From Fimbriimonadales bacterium (GTDB lineage: Bacteria > Armatimonadota > Fimbriimonadia > Fimbriimonadales > ATM1), in NCBI GenBank assembly GCA_051003155.1, contig JBPCLO010000039.1, positions 1 through 20,267 on the forward strand: a stretch of DNA of 20,267 nt, given 5' to 3'. Under the pieces are notes generated by a model that did no database searches, was not told the DNA's origin, and saw only the letters and a program-made list of their open reading frames with translations. This document shows, piece after piece, positions 1-8,562 of the stretch (the stretch's first letter is position 1; the number at the start of each line of letters is the position of its first letter). The position numbers were made by a program, and so were the translations under genes.

Positions 1-92
1 CGCTGGTGTTTTCCGGCCCTCCGGGGGGTGGGGTGCCCCCCCCCCCACCGATGTCAGTCCGATGATTCGTTCGTCATAATGGTCTGAGAGCC

Positions 93-1007
93 ATGGATGC
101 AACCACGACCGGTTTGACAACCAAGCGGGCTTCTTTCATTGAAGACGCGCAGGCTCACGGCGAGCTTTTCATCGCGCAGCCGTACGAACTCTACAGCGAA
201 GAGAACCAGGAGACGTGGCGGCGGCTCTACGCACGCCTTAAGCCACGGTGGCAGAAGTACGCGAACGAGAAATTCCTCGAGGGCGTCCTGAACCTCGCGC
301 TCGATCCGAATGCAATTCCGCGATTGGAGGACATCAACAAGTTCCTAAGTCCATTGAGCGGTTTCAAGGCGAAGGCCGTTAGCGGATACATCCCGGCGTA
401 CCTGTTTTTCGACTGCCTGCGTAACCGGGAGTTTCCGACGACCATCACGATCCGCGACGGTGGGAGCCTCGACTATCTGCCCGAGCCTGACATCTTCCAC
501 GACGTGGCCGGCCACGTACCGATGCACACGGACCGGCAGTTTTCGGATGTGCTGGTCCGTTTCGGCGAAGCTGCGAAGGCTGCCGCCGAGCACGCGGCCG
601 GAATCGGGGACCGTGAGCAAAGGTTGCGGAGTGTCGAAAGCATCATCAAGGCGATGGCGCGCTTCTTCTGGTTCACCGTCGAATTCGGCTTGATGCGAGG
701 GAAGAATGGCTCCGTGAAAGTTTACGGGAGCGGCTTACTCAGTTCGTTCGGCGAGATTGAATATTGCATCGAGTCGCCGGAAGTGCAGCGCTATCCGTTC
801 CAACTCGAATGGGTGGTGAACCAATACTTCGAGATCGACCATTACCAGCCACTCCTCTTTGTCGTCGATTCGTTCGACCACCTATTCGCTCAAGTCGACG
901 AGCTCGAGAAGTGGATGCTGGCAGGGAAGCTGAACAACGTCAGCCACGGCGAACCAGCCGTCAACGAGAACGACCTAAAGTCGTTCCTTAATATCACCTC
1001 GGACTAG
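93..1007 (+). CDS. phhA: Pterin-dependent aromatic amino acid hydroxylase (phenylalanine 4-hydroxylase family)
   Basis: 304 aa. Contains YLPEPDIFHDVAGHVPM (two Fe-binding His), ARFFWFTVEFGL (Fe-binding Glu), VYGSGLLSSFGE and YQPLLFVVDSF, all typical of the family. Substrate specificity is not determined. Confidence 0.88.
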   Translation: MDATTTGLTTKRASFIEDAQAHGELFIAQPYELYSEENQETWRRLYARLKPRWQKYANEKFLEGVLNLALDPNAIPRLEDINKFLSPLSGFKAKAVSGYIPAYLFFDCLRNREFPTTITIRDGGSLDYLPEPDIFHDVAGHVPMHTDRQFSDVLVRFGEAAKAAAEHAAGIGDREQRLRSVESIIKAMARFFWFTVEFGLMRGKNGSVKVYGSGLLSSFGEIEYCIESPEVQRYPFQLEWVVNQYFEIDHYQPLLFVVDSFDHLFAQVDELEKWMLAGKLNNVSHGEPAVNENDLKSFLNITSD

Positions 1008-2482
1008 TTTCGTTTCACAAGCATCGGCCAGTTTAAGCCGATTGCTCTTGCCGTCTCTGAAGCCTGCGCGTTTACCGTGACCTTGCCGTCTTTCCACTGT
1101 AGGCCGACCTTGGCCAGTAGCTCTTCGATCGGCAGTTCAACGGCTTGGAGTACGCACCGGTCGTAGATTGGCCCGACTGCCTCGCTTCCGAACTGGACCG
1201 CGAGCTCGCGGATCCTGCCCTCCGAGAACCCGGGTTTTCCACCTTTGCATTCATTGTACAGAGTGGTCATCACATCGTCGAGCGACCGCTTGTTCAGGCT
1301 CTCAGCGCGGACAGCCAAGTCGAGGCACCAGCCGATAAGCTTGCCCTTTTGATAATAGCCGATGCCAAAACCTGCACTATTGTCCGCCTCCCACACCCGG
1401 CGACTCGACTCATCCGCGGACGTTTTCAGACGCGCTGGATCTCGCCTAAACGAGCGCATTTCGTCACTGAGTGTATCCAGCAGGGTGTCCCTCGACTGCA
1501 GTCCGGCTCGATGTGTCAACACCTCTGCGTAGTAATCCGTCACCCCTTCCAGCCACCAGAGACTTCCTGTAATGGCCGGTTTAGTGTAGTCGAAGGGTCC
1601 GAGCGGTTTGGCTCGAATGCGTTTCACGTTGTAAAGGTGGAAGTACTCGTGTGCGATATAGGAAGATGCGTTCCGGGGAGTCAGTCCGGGCCACATCGCC
1701 ATTCGTGCGGAATCGGCATGCTCGAGGCCGCCGCCTGGCCCGCCGAAATCGTAGAGATATATATATCTTTTGGTAGGAATCTCTCCGAAAAGAGCATAAC
1801 ATTGGCTCGCAATTTTGGCTCCTACGTCGGCGAGCCCGTCCAAATCGACGTTGCCGGCCCTACCAAACGCCACAACTCTGTGCGGTTTGCCGTGCGCAAG
1901 AAACTCCTTGACCTTTAGGTTGGAACCCATCGCAAACGGAGCGTCGATGAGAGTGTCGTAATCGGGCGCGGTAAGCACGATACGGCCTGGCCCTTCGGAC
2001 GTTTGGTCGAGTGAACATTCGATGGTTGCCCGCGGGTCGGGATGCAAGGCCACGCCGAGCTCGTGGGCCTCCAGCGCGTGGCCGACGAAGTAGCCGAAAA
2101 CGGCCGGGCCGTGAACGAACACTTCTTGCTCCGTCACTCTCAGGTTCTCGCTGAATATTCCCGGATCACCGGCAGGAACGGTATAGGTGACCGTGTCTGC
2201 TCCAGTTGTGACAAACCATACGTTGGCGTCGGCGCTCATCTTTGCCCCGTCCACATACTTTCCGTCGAGGCTGAAGCGCACGTTCTTGAGCCGCCCGCCA
2301 AAGTTAACAATTCGATAATCGCCCGGGGACCACGCCGGCATCCTGAACTCCGTTGCCGTCGATTCCGGCAAAGTGAGCTGAACGGTGACAGACTGCTCGG
2401 CTGCAGACGCCTTCAACTCGTAGACCGCCGCGCGCACGGGCAGCGCGGCCATTGCTATAAGAATCCAAACGAAGTTCTTCAC
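1004..2482 (-). CDS. M61-family (glycyl aminopeptidase-like) zinc metallopeptidase, secreted
   Basis: Motifs FRMPAWSPGDY, DYDTLIDAP, GGGLEH, AHEYFHLYNVKRIR (HExxH), LWWLEGVTDYY and YYQKG. Start moved from 2818 to GTG 2482 (MKNFVWILIAMAALPVRA, a signal peptide) because the upstream extension overlaps the divergent gene. Confidence 0.88.
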   Translation of the reverse strand: MKNFVWILIAMAALPVRAAVYELKASAAEQSVTVQLTLPESTATEFRMPAWSPGDYRIVNFGGRLKNVRFSLDGKYVDGAKMSADANVWFVTTGADTVTYTVPAGDPGIFSENLRVTEQEVFVHGPAVFGYFVGHALEAHELGVALHPDPRATIECSLDQTSEGPGRIVLTAPDYDTLIDAPFAMGSNLKVKEFLAHGKPHRVVAFGRAGNVDLDGLADVGAKIASQCYALFGEIPTKRYIYLYDFGGPGGGLEHADSARMAMWPGLTPRNASSYIAHEYFHLYNVKRIRAKPLGPFDYTKPAITGSLWWLEGVTDYYAEVLTHRAGLQSRDTLLDTLSDEMRSFRRDPARLKTSADESSRRVWEADNSAGFGIGYYQKGKLIGWCLDLAVRAESLNKRSLDDVMTTLYNECKGGKPGFSEGRIRELAVQFGSEAVGPIYDRCVLQAVELPIEELLAKVGLQWKDGKVTVNAQASETARAIGLNWPMLVKRN

Positions 2483-2518
2483 AGGGTTGTATTCTGACGC
2501 TCGGACGTCTATAACGTT

Positions 2519-3208
2519 GTGATCCTTATTTTCGCCGCTCTCGTCCTTACGCCCGGCCAGGCCTTCGCCGACGCCGTCCAGCCGAAGCTGCGCGACATCA
2601 GCTTCACGGTAAAGCTCGAATGGAGCAGTCGGGCCGAGCTCTCCAAGATCAACCGCGACTTCGCGATGGGCTACGAGGCCCACACGGCGGAGGTGCAGTA
2701 CAAAGACCCGCTCATGCTTCGCGGGACTGCCAAGATCAGCGGCCAGAAGGCGATCTACGTTATCAAGGGCGACACGAAGACATGGTACGTTCCTCGATTC
2801 GGGGCCAAGGTCGATCAAAAGGTCGGCGCAGCTCCAGGCAAGCGGCAGACGCTCTTGGATTTCGGACTAGTCACCACCGGCATGAAGGACCGCTTCATAT
2901 CGGGCAAATTCGTGCGCAAAGAGAATGGGGAAAATGTCTTCGACCTTCGCTATGCTTACGAAAAGGACACGAGCCGCCACCGCGTTTGGGTCGACCCCGT
3001 TAAAAGGGTCATAACAAAGCGCATGTGGTACAGCCAGAAGGGCGAGTTGATGGCCACATTCTCCTATTCGCTTCACGCGAAGTTCGACGGAGTTTGGGTA
3101 CCAAAGAAGATGAGCGTACAGAATGCCGAAGGCAGGCTCGCTGGCGTTTCGCTCTTAAGCGATATCAAGGTCAATCAGGGCCTCGAAGACTCGGTCTTCA
3201 AGATCTGA
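2519..3208 (+). CDS. Secreted LolA-like / outer-membrane lipoprotein-sorting fold protein
   Basis: Hydrophobic N-terminus ending in AFA. C-terminal pattern HRVWVDP..ITKRMWY..GELMATFSY..FDGVWVPKKMSV..SDIKVNQGLEDSVF is typical of LolA-like proteins. Confidence 0.7.
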   Translation: MILIFAALVLTPGQAFADAVQPKLRDISFTVKLEWSSRAELSKINRDFAMGYEAHTAEVQYKDPLMLRGTAKISGQKAIYVIKGDTKTWYVPRFGAKVDQKVGAAPGKRQTLLDFGLVTTGMKDRFISGKFVRKENGENVFDLRYAYEKDTSRHRVWVDPVKRVITKRMWYSQKGELMATFSYSLHAKFDGVWVPKKMSVQNAEGRLAGVSLLSDIKVNQGLEDSVFKI

Positions 3209-3777
3209 TCCTGAATTCGAGCATGCAGGGGCCGTAGCGCCTCTGCCCACAGTAGCAGTTCGTCGAGCATCACAGTGCAGGTCCCTTCCAACTGAGGATC
3301 GGCATCGAACTCCCCGTCGGTGATTTTCTTAGCCACGAATGGAATGAACACGCCCTCCATGACCGGCACTACCTTTAGCGTGGAAAGTACGTTTTTCGCC
3401 ATTTGCACGCCGCGTGTCCCTCCAGAAACACCGCCGTAGCTGACGAAACCGGCGGGTTTGTAATTCCACTCCTGGTAGACAAAGTCGAACGCGTTCAGCA
3501 GGGCGGGAGCCATGCCGTAGTTGTATTCTGGAGTAACGAAGATGTAGGCGTTTGCCCGCGCGACGATCTTGCTCCACTTCTTGGTGTGTTCGTGCTCATA
3601 CTTTATCAGCCGCGGATGATTCGGTTCGTCCAAGAAGGGAAGGTTAATCTCTGCGAGGTCCACCAGTTCGACTTCGAATTTGCCATGGCGTTTTGCGCAT
3701 TCGAAGAACCACTCGGCGACAGGCAATCCGAGACGGCCGGGGCGTGTGCTGGCGATAATCACGTGGAGTTTCAGCAC
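3175..3777 (-). CDS. NADPH-dependent FMN reductase (flavodoxin-like)
   Basis: Motifs IIASTRPGRLG, FVTPEYNYG, LLNAFD and KPAGFVSYGGVSGGTRG. The GTG start directly abuts the DUF2207 stop codon. Confidence 0.9.
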   Translation of the reverse strand: MLKLHVIIASTRPGRLGLPVAEWFFECAKRHGKFEVELVDLAEINLPFLDEPNHPRLIKYEHEHTKKWSKIVARANAYIFVTPEYNYGMAPALLNAFDFVYQEWNYKPAGFVSYGGVSGGTRGVQMAKNVLSTLKVVPVMEGVFIPFVAKKITDGEFDADPQLEGTCTVMLDELLLWAEALRPLHARIQDQILKTESSRP

Positions 3778-5568
3778 TTACCAGCTACCGCCGCCTCCTC
3801 CTCCGAAGCCCCCGCCCGAGAACCCGCCTCCACCGCTGAATCCGGAGCTTCCGCCGCTGCCACCTGAAGATCGTGGCGGTGTCGAAGCGGCATAGCCGAC
3901 GTTATCGGTCACCGTGCCCAAGTCTCCACCGAAATTGATGTAGCTGAATCCCGCATAGTTCGTGCGATACCACGAAGGCGGCTCGGTCAAAATATCCTTA
4001 AATGCGTGCGCCCACTCCTTCGTCAAATTAAATGCGACCGCGTGGGGAAGGAATTCTTCGAATAGCGCCATATCCGGGTGTTTCTTTGTCATCCAATCGA
4101 GTTCTTGCCCCCTAGCGCGGCTTATGAATTCTTCGAATCCCTTTACCCTTTGATGAATCTCGGCGCCCACCTTCGTGCGCTTGGGCATTCCGAAGGAAAA
4201 TAACAAGACGATGACAAATCCCGCGCCCGCGCCAATCATTGCCGGCAACGCTGACTTGAACGGTGACAGCATGGTAAAGGCGACGGCCAGGAACGCCAGC
4301 CCCACTGCGCCGAGCACAATCCACAGAATGCGCACGGCGTCGGGCGATCCGATATAGTAGCCGCGGTCGACCAAGCTCTTGTATAGCGTCGAATTAAAAT
4401 TCCCCACCTTGGGCGCGATGTTTGTGCGAATGTCGCTTTCGTCGAGGTGGGGGCCGGCGGCTTCCAAGGAAGCAAGCAACAGCTTCTCGAAACTAGAGAG
4501 CGAGCCCCTGTCATCCGCTTTACCGGTCATGTCGATCGTGGTCGTCTTCTTTTTGAAAACCATCCCCTCCTCTTCCGGGGTTAGTGTCAGGTAGCCCTTG
4601 GTGGCCAACGAAATGATACCAGCGGCGATATCTCGTTGATCCACGCGTTCGTCGATCATGGCTCCGCATTCGGGTCCGCTCAAATCGTCAGGCGGATCGT
4701 ATTGTACGACCATCGGCCCGCCATACGGGTCCCTTCCAAAGCGAGCCCACGCGAACCACATGGCGAGCAGGGCGATGATCGGTATTCCAAAGCCCAGGTT
4801 CGGCAACAGGAACAGAGTTGCAGTTTGGAGAGCCGTGGGCCTATCGATCGTGGCCACAGGCACATTCAAAACGACAGTCATACCTTCCATCGGCGCGAGG
4901 ACGGAATTACGCTCGCCCGCGAAAGTACCAGTCGAAAGCTGAACGGCTGTTAGCGCATCGTTCGCCGCATCCGCCGAACCGGCTTTGTCCAGGGTGACCG
5001 TAGCGGTCGATCCCAGCGGTCCGACAAAAACTCGCCCGCGTACCTCCTCGGCCGATGCAACCTCGGGAAAGGTTAACTTAAAGGACGCCTTCTCGATTGA
5101 AGTCTGCCACTCGTCTCCTGTCACGTTCCAATAGAGTTCCGCATACGGCTTCCAAGTCGCATCTTTGTCGAACCAATTGATCATTCCGAGAGCTTCGTAG
5201 TCGATCACGTACACGACTCGGGTGCCCGCCGGAATCGTCCTATCGGCGCTTCCGATCCTGATTCTCAGATTGCGCTCATCCCGGCCTGTCTGCGTTTCGT
5301 ACTCGTTGCCCTGGGCGTCGGTGACGCCTTGGAGCGTTATGGTAACGCGCCTCGCTGTGCCTCGTCCAGTTTCGTAATCTACTGGGATCAAACGAAATAT
5401 GCCGTGGCGATCCTCAGTGAATGTGACAGTTATCTTCTCACTGACGCGCAACGTTCCGTTATTTCGCAACTGCATATCCACATGAAAATCGTTGATAACG
5501 AACGCTTCCTGGCAAAGGGCAACGGCGGCCAACAACAGAGCAGACAGAGAAATGAGGATTCGCTGCAT
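3778..5568 (-). CDS. DUF2207-family membrane protein
   Basis: Signal peptide MQRILISLSALLLAAVALC; motifs LRVSEKITV, RHGIFRLIP, ELYWNVTGDEW, YDPPDDLSGPE and FEEFLPHAVAF; several TM segments; Gly/Ser-rich C-terminus ending GGGGGGSW. Start set at ATG 5568, just after the lemA stop. Confidence 0.88.
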   Translation of the reverse strand: MQRILISLSALLLAAVALCQEAFVINDFHVDMQLRNNGTLRVSEKITVTFTEDRHGIFRLIPVDYETGRGTARRVTITLQGVTDAQGNEYETQTGRDERNLRIRIGSADRTIPAGTRVVYVIDYEALGMINWFDKDATWKPYAELYWNVTGDEWQTSIEKASFKLTFPEVASAEEVRGRVFVGPLGSTATVTLDKAGSADAANDALTAVQLSTGTFAGERNSVLAPMEGMTVVLNVPVATIDRPTALQTATLFLLPNLGFGIPIIALLAMWFAWARFGRDPYGGPMVVQYDPPDDLSGPECGAMIDERVDQRDIAAGIISLATKGYLTLTPEEEGMVFKKKTTTIDMTGKADDRGSLSSFEKLLLASLEAAGPHLDESDIRTNIAPKVGNFNSTLYKSLVDRGYYIGSPDAVRILWIVLGAVGLAFLAVAFTMLSPFKSALPAMIGAGAGFVIVLLFSFGMPKRTKVGAEIHQRVKGFEEFISRARGQELDWMTKKHPDMALFEEFLPHAVAFNLTKEWAHAFKDILTEPPSWYRTNYAGFSYINFGGDLGTVTDNVGYAASTPPRSSGGSGGSSGFSGGGGFSGGGFGGGGGGSW

Positions 5569-5569
5569 A

Positions 5570-6118
5570 TTAGAACCTTGCGGCTGGGGCGACTCTTTCC
5601 GATTCCTCGTCCACCGAAAAGAACTCCGAGCGCTTGAACCCGAATACCGAGGATATCGTGTTGAGTGGAAAAGAATCTTGCATTGTATTGAAGTCTCGGA
5701 CGGCGGCGTTGTAATACTGGCGGGAGCTTGCAAGCTTCGATTCCGTCTCACTCAGCTCCTCCTGCAGCCGCATGAAATGGGCACTCGCCTTAAGTTCCGG
5801 ATAGCTCTCGACAACCGCGAGAATCTGTGTAACACGCGAGGCCAATTGTTCCTCAGCGGCAGCCCTTTTTGCGGGCCCCAGGCCCGAGTCCGCGGCCTGC
5901 GCCCTGGCACGGGTCACATCCTCGAGCACCTCCCGCTCGAACCCTGAATACCCTTTGGTCGTTTCAACGAGATTCGGGACTAGCTCGGCGCGCCGCTTCA
6001 GCTGAACATCGATATCCGCCCAGGCATTGCGAACGACGTTGCGCATCGTGGTCAGGGAGTTGAAACCCCAAATCAGAATGGCAAGTGCGGCTACGACAAG
6101 GATTAGAGCGAGACCCAC
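5570..6118 (-). CDS. lemA: LemA family protein
   Basis: N-terminal TM segment; motifs NAWADIDVQLKRRAELVPNLVET, ESYPELKAS and SRQYYNAAVRDFN..FP. Confidence 0.93.
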   Translation of the reverse strand: MGLALILVVAALAILIWGFNSLTTMRNVVRNAWADIDVQLKRRAELVPNLVETTKGYSGFEREVLEDVTRARAQAADSGLGPAKRAAAEEQLASRVTQILAVVESYPELKASAHFMRLQEELSETESKLASSRQYYNAAVRDFNTMQDSFPLNTISSVFGFKRSEFFSVDEESERVAPAARF

Positions 6119-6231
6119 GCATAAGGGACGGATAATGAAGGCGGCACGTTGCGAGGCGAACTAATCATCTTTTGTGTGCCGTCAAGATGGCGTCAGCCGG
6201 ATTACCGGCAGACACGATTGCCTGCCTGCAC

Positions 6232-6260
6232 ATGGGGTCGGAACCCTCTCCCGGCCCCAT
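6232..6260. other. GC-rich stem-loop just downstream of the amidohydrolase stop
   Basis: ATGGGGTCGG (6232-6241) pairs with CCGGCCCCAT (6251-6260) with one non-canonical pair. There is no U-tract, so a terminator role is uncertain. Confidence 0.35.
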
Positions 6261-6268
6261 CCAATTTC

Positions 6269-7423
6269 TCAGAGGCGAATCAGCCTGACGACGTCCGGCG
6301 GCGAACCGTTTGTGATGATGTCGCCGAGTGTGCCGCCATGCGGTCGGAGCAGGATAAGGTCGGGGTTGGCGCCTTCGGCAATGCGCCAATCACGCCGCAA
6401 CCAAATCGAGTCCGCACCTTCGGAGGTCGCCATCGTCCAGACGTCTTCTGGAGAAAGCGGTTCGCTTCGCAGGCGCGACACTTCGATCGCGGCTCGCATC
6501 TCGTCAAAAAAATCGATCGATCCTGAGCTTGCCGCGCTATCCATCCCGAGTCCCACCTTGACGCCCTTGTTTCGCAAACGGGCGATTGGCGCATTAGGAC
6601 ATCCGAGTGCGAGGTTCGACCTTGGGCAGTGTGCGATCGTTACTTCGCCGCGTGCGGCGATCTCGATATCCTCATCAGAGATTGCGCAGGCATGGATCAG
6701 CTGAGTCTGCGCATGGAGGGCGCCGAAAGAGTCCAGATAGGCGATCGCGGAGCACCCTGGAGGGGCGATCTCGATGCCAAACAGACTGTACAGGTCGGCG
6801 ATCGGGCCTTCGCCGCGTTCGTAGAAGTCGTCCTCGTATGCGGTTTCGCCGGCGTGGATCGCGTTGGGCTCGCCCGTATTCGCCAACTGCGCTATCGCCC
6901 TTCCGGAAACCGTATAGGTCGAATGGGCCGAAAGATGTGTCGGCACTCCATGGGAGGCATTCTTGGCCGCGTGCCGCTTCGCCTGCGCGAACTTCTGCTC
7001 GGGCTCACCCAGCGTGATGACCTCTTGGAAGATGCGGCCGCGCAGCCCTGCGTTCGCCATCGCTTCGCCACTCACGGGCCAGTCGCTATACTCCCCGATC
7101 GCCGCAACGCCAGTAGCGACGTTCATATTTGCGGCCGTGGTCGCCGCCTCGGCCACCTGGTTTGTGCTGCGGGTCGGTTTGATCCTTGTTATTTCGCGAA
7201 TCCAGGGCCAGTAGGGCATCGAGCCCAGCTTGCCTATCAAATCGAAGTACTCGAGATGCGAATGGGCGTTTACGAACGCGGGCGAAAGCAGCTGGCCGGC
7301 TTCGTCTCGGGCCGCGGTCGTCCATGGCCGGATCGCGTCGATTCTGCCTTCCTGGATGCATACCTCTACGCCACGCTGGATTTTCCCACCGGCAAGGACG
7401 ACGGCGTCCGGCCTAAGGATCAA
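6269..7423 (-). CDS. Metal-dependent amidohydrolase (SsnA/MtaD-like deaminase; possibly aminodeoxyfutalosine deaminase-like)
   Basis: Motifs PAFVNAHSHLE (HxH), SAHSTY, IHAGET, LIHA, HCPRSN and GLGMDS. The TTG start overlaps the upstream stop (TTGA, 7420-7423). Confidence 0.85.
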   Translation of the reverse strand: MILRPDAVVLAGGKIQRGVEVCIQEGRIDAIRPWTTAARDEAGQLLSPAFVNAHSHLEYFDLIGKLGSMPYWPWIREITRIKPTRSTNQVAEAATTAANMNVATGVAAIGEYSDWPVSGEAMANAGLRGRIFQEVITLGEPEQKFAQAKRHAAKNASHGVPTHLSAHSTYTVSGRAIAQLANTGEPNAIHAGETAYEDDFYERGEGPIADLYSLFGIEIAPPGCSAIAYLDSFGALHAQTQLIHACAISDEDIEIAARGEVTIAHCPRSNLALGCPNAPIARLRNKGVKVGLGMDSAASSGSIDFFDEMRAAIEVSRLRSEPLSPEDVWTMATSEGADSIWLRRDWRIAEGANPDLILLRPHGGTLGDIITNGSPPDVVRLIRL

Positions 7424-8091
7424 AGAGGAGTCGACCAGGCTGTGCGGTACTGGGCGTCGCTAATGTTTTTGGTGTGCAGATCGCCGAACAGCACGTTGTA
7501 ACGGTATCGCTTGAACTTGTCGATGCGATCTTCCCAATCGTCAGTCGGACGGAGAATATCGGTACCGGTATGCCAGGCTCCCGATCCATCGAAAAAAACA
7601 TTAACGCCGCTGATGTCTCCTAAGGACGTGCCGGAGAGTTGCCTGACCGTTAGCTCCGTGCGATAGTAATAGCTCGAGCCATACCGCTTGTAGCTGCTCG
7701 GCAGGGTGTTGATGTTTTCGAACGAAATATCGTCCACGAGCTGCCCCTTATCGGCGGGGCACTCCCACACCTGTTTGCTGGGCAAGTGTGGATACAAAAG
7801 GTCTTGCATCAAAGGGATGTCGCGCAGCATAGATTGGAACCCGGGAAAGGCTGACCAAATTTGGGGTGTGAATTTGTCGGCAGCATCAACGCCGAACGGC
7901 CACTTATCGTCGGCGTCGACCATGTATAGTCCGATCGCTTTACCGATCTGATTAAGGTTGCTGATGCAAGTGGCTTGCTGGCTCGACCTTTTGGCGCGAC
8001 TGAACACCGGGAACAAAATCGCGGCCAAGATCGCAAGAATCGCGATTACGACCAACAACTCGACGAGTGTGAATCCCCTTCGCTTTCTCAT
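7420..8091 (-). CDS. Prepilin-type N-terminal cleavage/methylation protein (DUF1559 / H-X9-DG-like)
   Basis: MRKRRG|FTLVELLVVIAILAILAAILFPVFSRAK, then CISNLNQIG..MY..D.D, WECPAD, GSSY and C-terminal NVLFGDLHTK. Start set at ATG 8091. Confidence 0.9.
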   Translation of the reverse strand: MRKRRGFTLVELLVVIAILAILAAILFPVFSRAKRSSQQATCISNLNQIGKAIGLYMVDADDKWPFGVDAADKFTPQIWSAFPGFQSMLRDIPLMQDLLYPHLPSKQVWECPADKGQLVDDISFENINTLPSSYKRYGSSYYYRTELTVRQLSGTSLGDISGVNVFFDGSGAWHTGTDILRPTDDWEDRIDKFKRYRYNVLFGDLHTKNISDAQYRTAWSTPL

Positions 8092-8145
8092 ACCCTTTGC
8101 AATTAGACGCAAACCATGTGCTGATTAGTGCCACAACTCCGGCCG

Positions 8146-8529
8146 TTATGATGCCATATCGCAAGTGGAAAGGCCTAGCTGAATCGCCTGAATCGGGTTT
8201 CCGTCTGGGTCCTCGAAATCCATGACTACACCGTTTGGCGTGTCGTGGTATCCGCCATGTACTTTAGCCCCGGTTTCCTCTAGTTTCATTCTTAGCTCGC
8301 GAATATCAACCGTCTGAGGGCCTAAACACCAGCCTCTCTGGTATTCACCTAACGCAGCCTGGGTCCCTTGCATGGCGTGGTGAAGGGCAAGCTTCCGGCC
8401 ACCCACATCGAACTCGCTCCAGTACGGGCTCGTGTAGCCTGGAGTCAGCCCCAGGATATCGCTCTAGAAGGCGATCCCCTTATCCATATCCGACGTTTGG
8501 CACCAGATCGTGTGAAAGGCCGTGATCAT
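8146..8529 (-). pseudogene. VOC/glyoxalase-family gene interrupted by an in-frame TAG at codon 22
   Basis: Manual translation from ATG 8529 gives MITAFHTIWCQTSDMDKGIAF*SDILGLTPGYTSPYWSEFDVGGRKLALH...MDFEDPDGNPIQAIQ. It has the VOC motifs 'D.D....F(Y)..ILGL' and 'F.DPDGN.I'. The stop is at 8464-8466. Confidence 0.8.
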
Positions 8530-8562
8530 ACGGCCGGTTGTACCCTGCGGCATAATCCGGCC
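8530..8562. promoter_or_regulatory. Putative bidirectional leaderless promoter
   Basis: On +, CATAAT (8551-8556) lies 6 nt before GTG 8563. On -, TACAAC (8542-8537) lies 7 nt before ATG 8529. There is no SD motif on either side. Confidence 0.55.

Noticed and set aside
2483..2818. N-terminal extension of the 604-aa M61 ORF
   Set aside because: It is antisense to the LolA-like gene, and a proper signal peptide begins at GTG 2482.
3778..3870. Low-complexity CCG/CCA repeats
   Set aside because: Explained by the normal Gly/Ser-rich C-terminus of DUF2207 proteins.
8464..8466. Genome-wide TAG reassignment or pyrrolysine
   Set aside because: TAG ends phhA, the M61 peptidase, TlpA and mscL at plausible positions. 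The site corresponds to a Tyr one substitution away.
8368..8562. N-terminal extension of the FAD oxidoreductase ORF
   Set aside because: It overlaps the VOC gene on the opposite strand, and the Rossmann motif starts right after GTG 8563.
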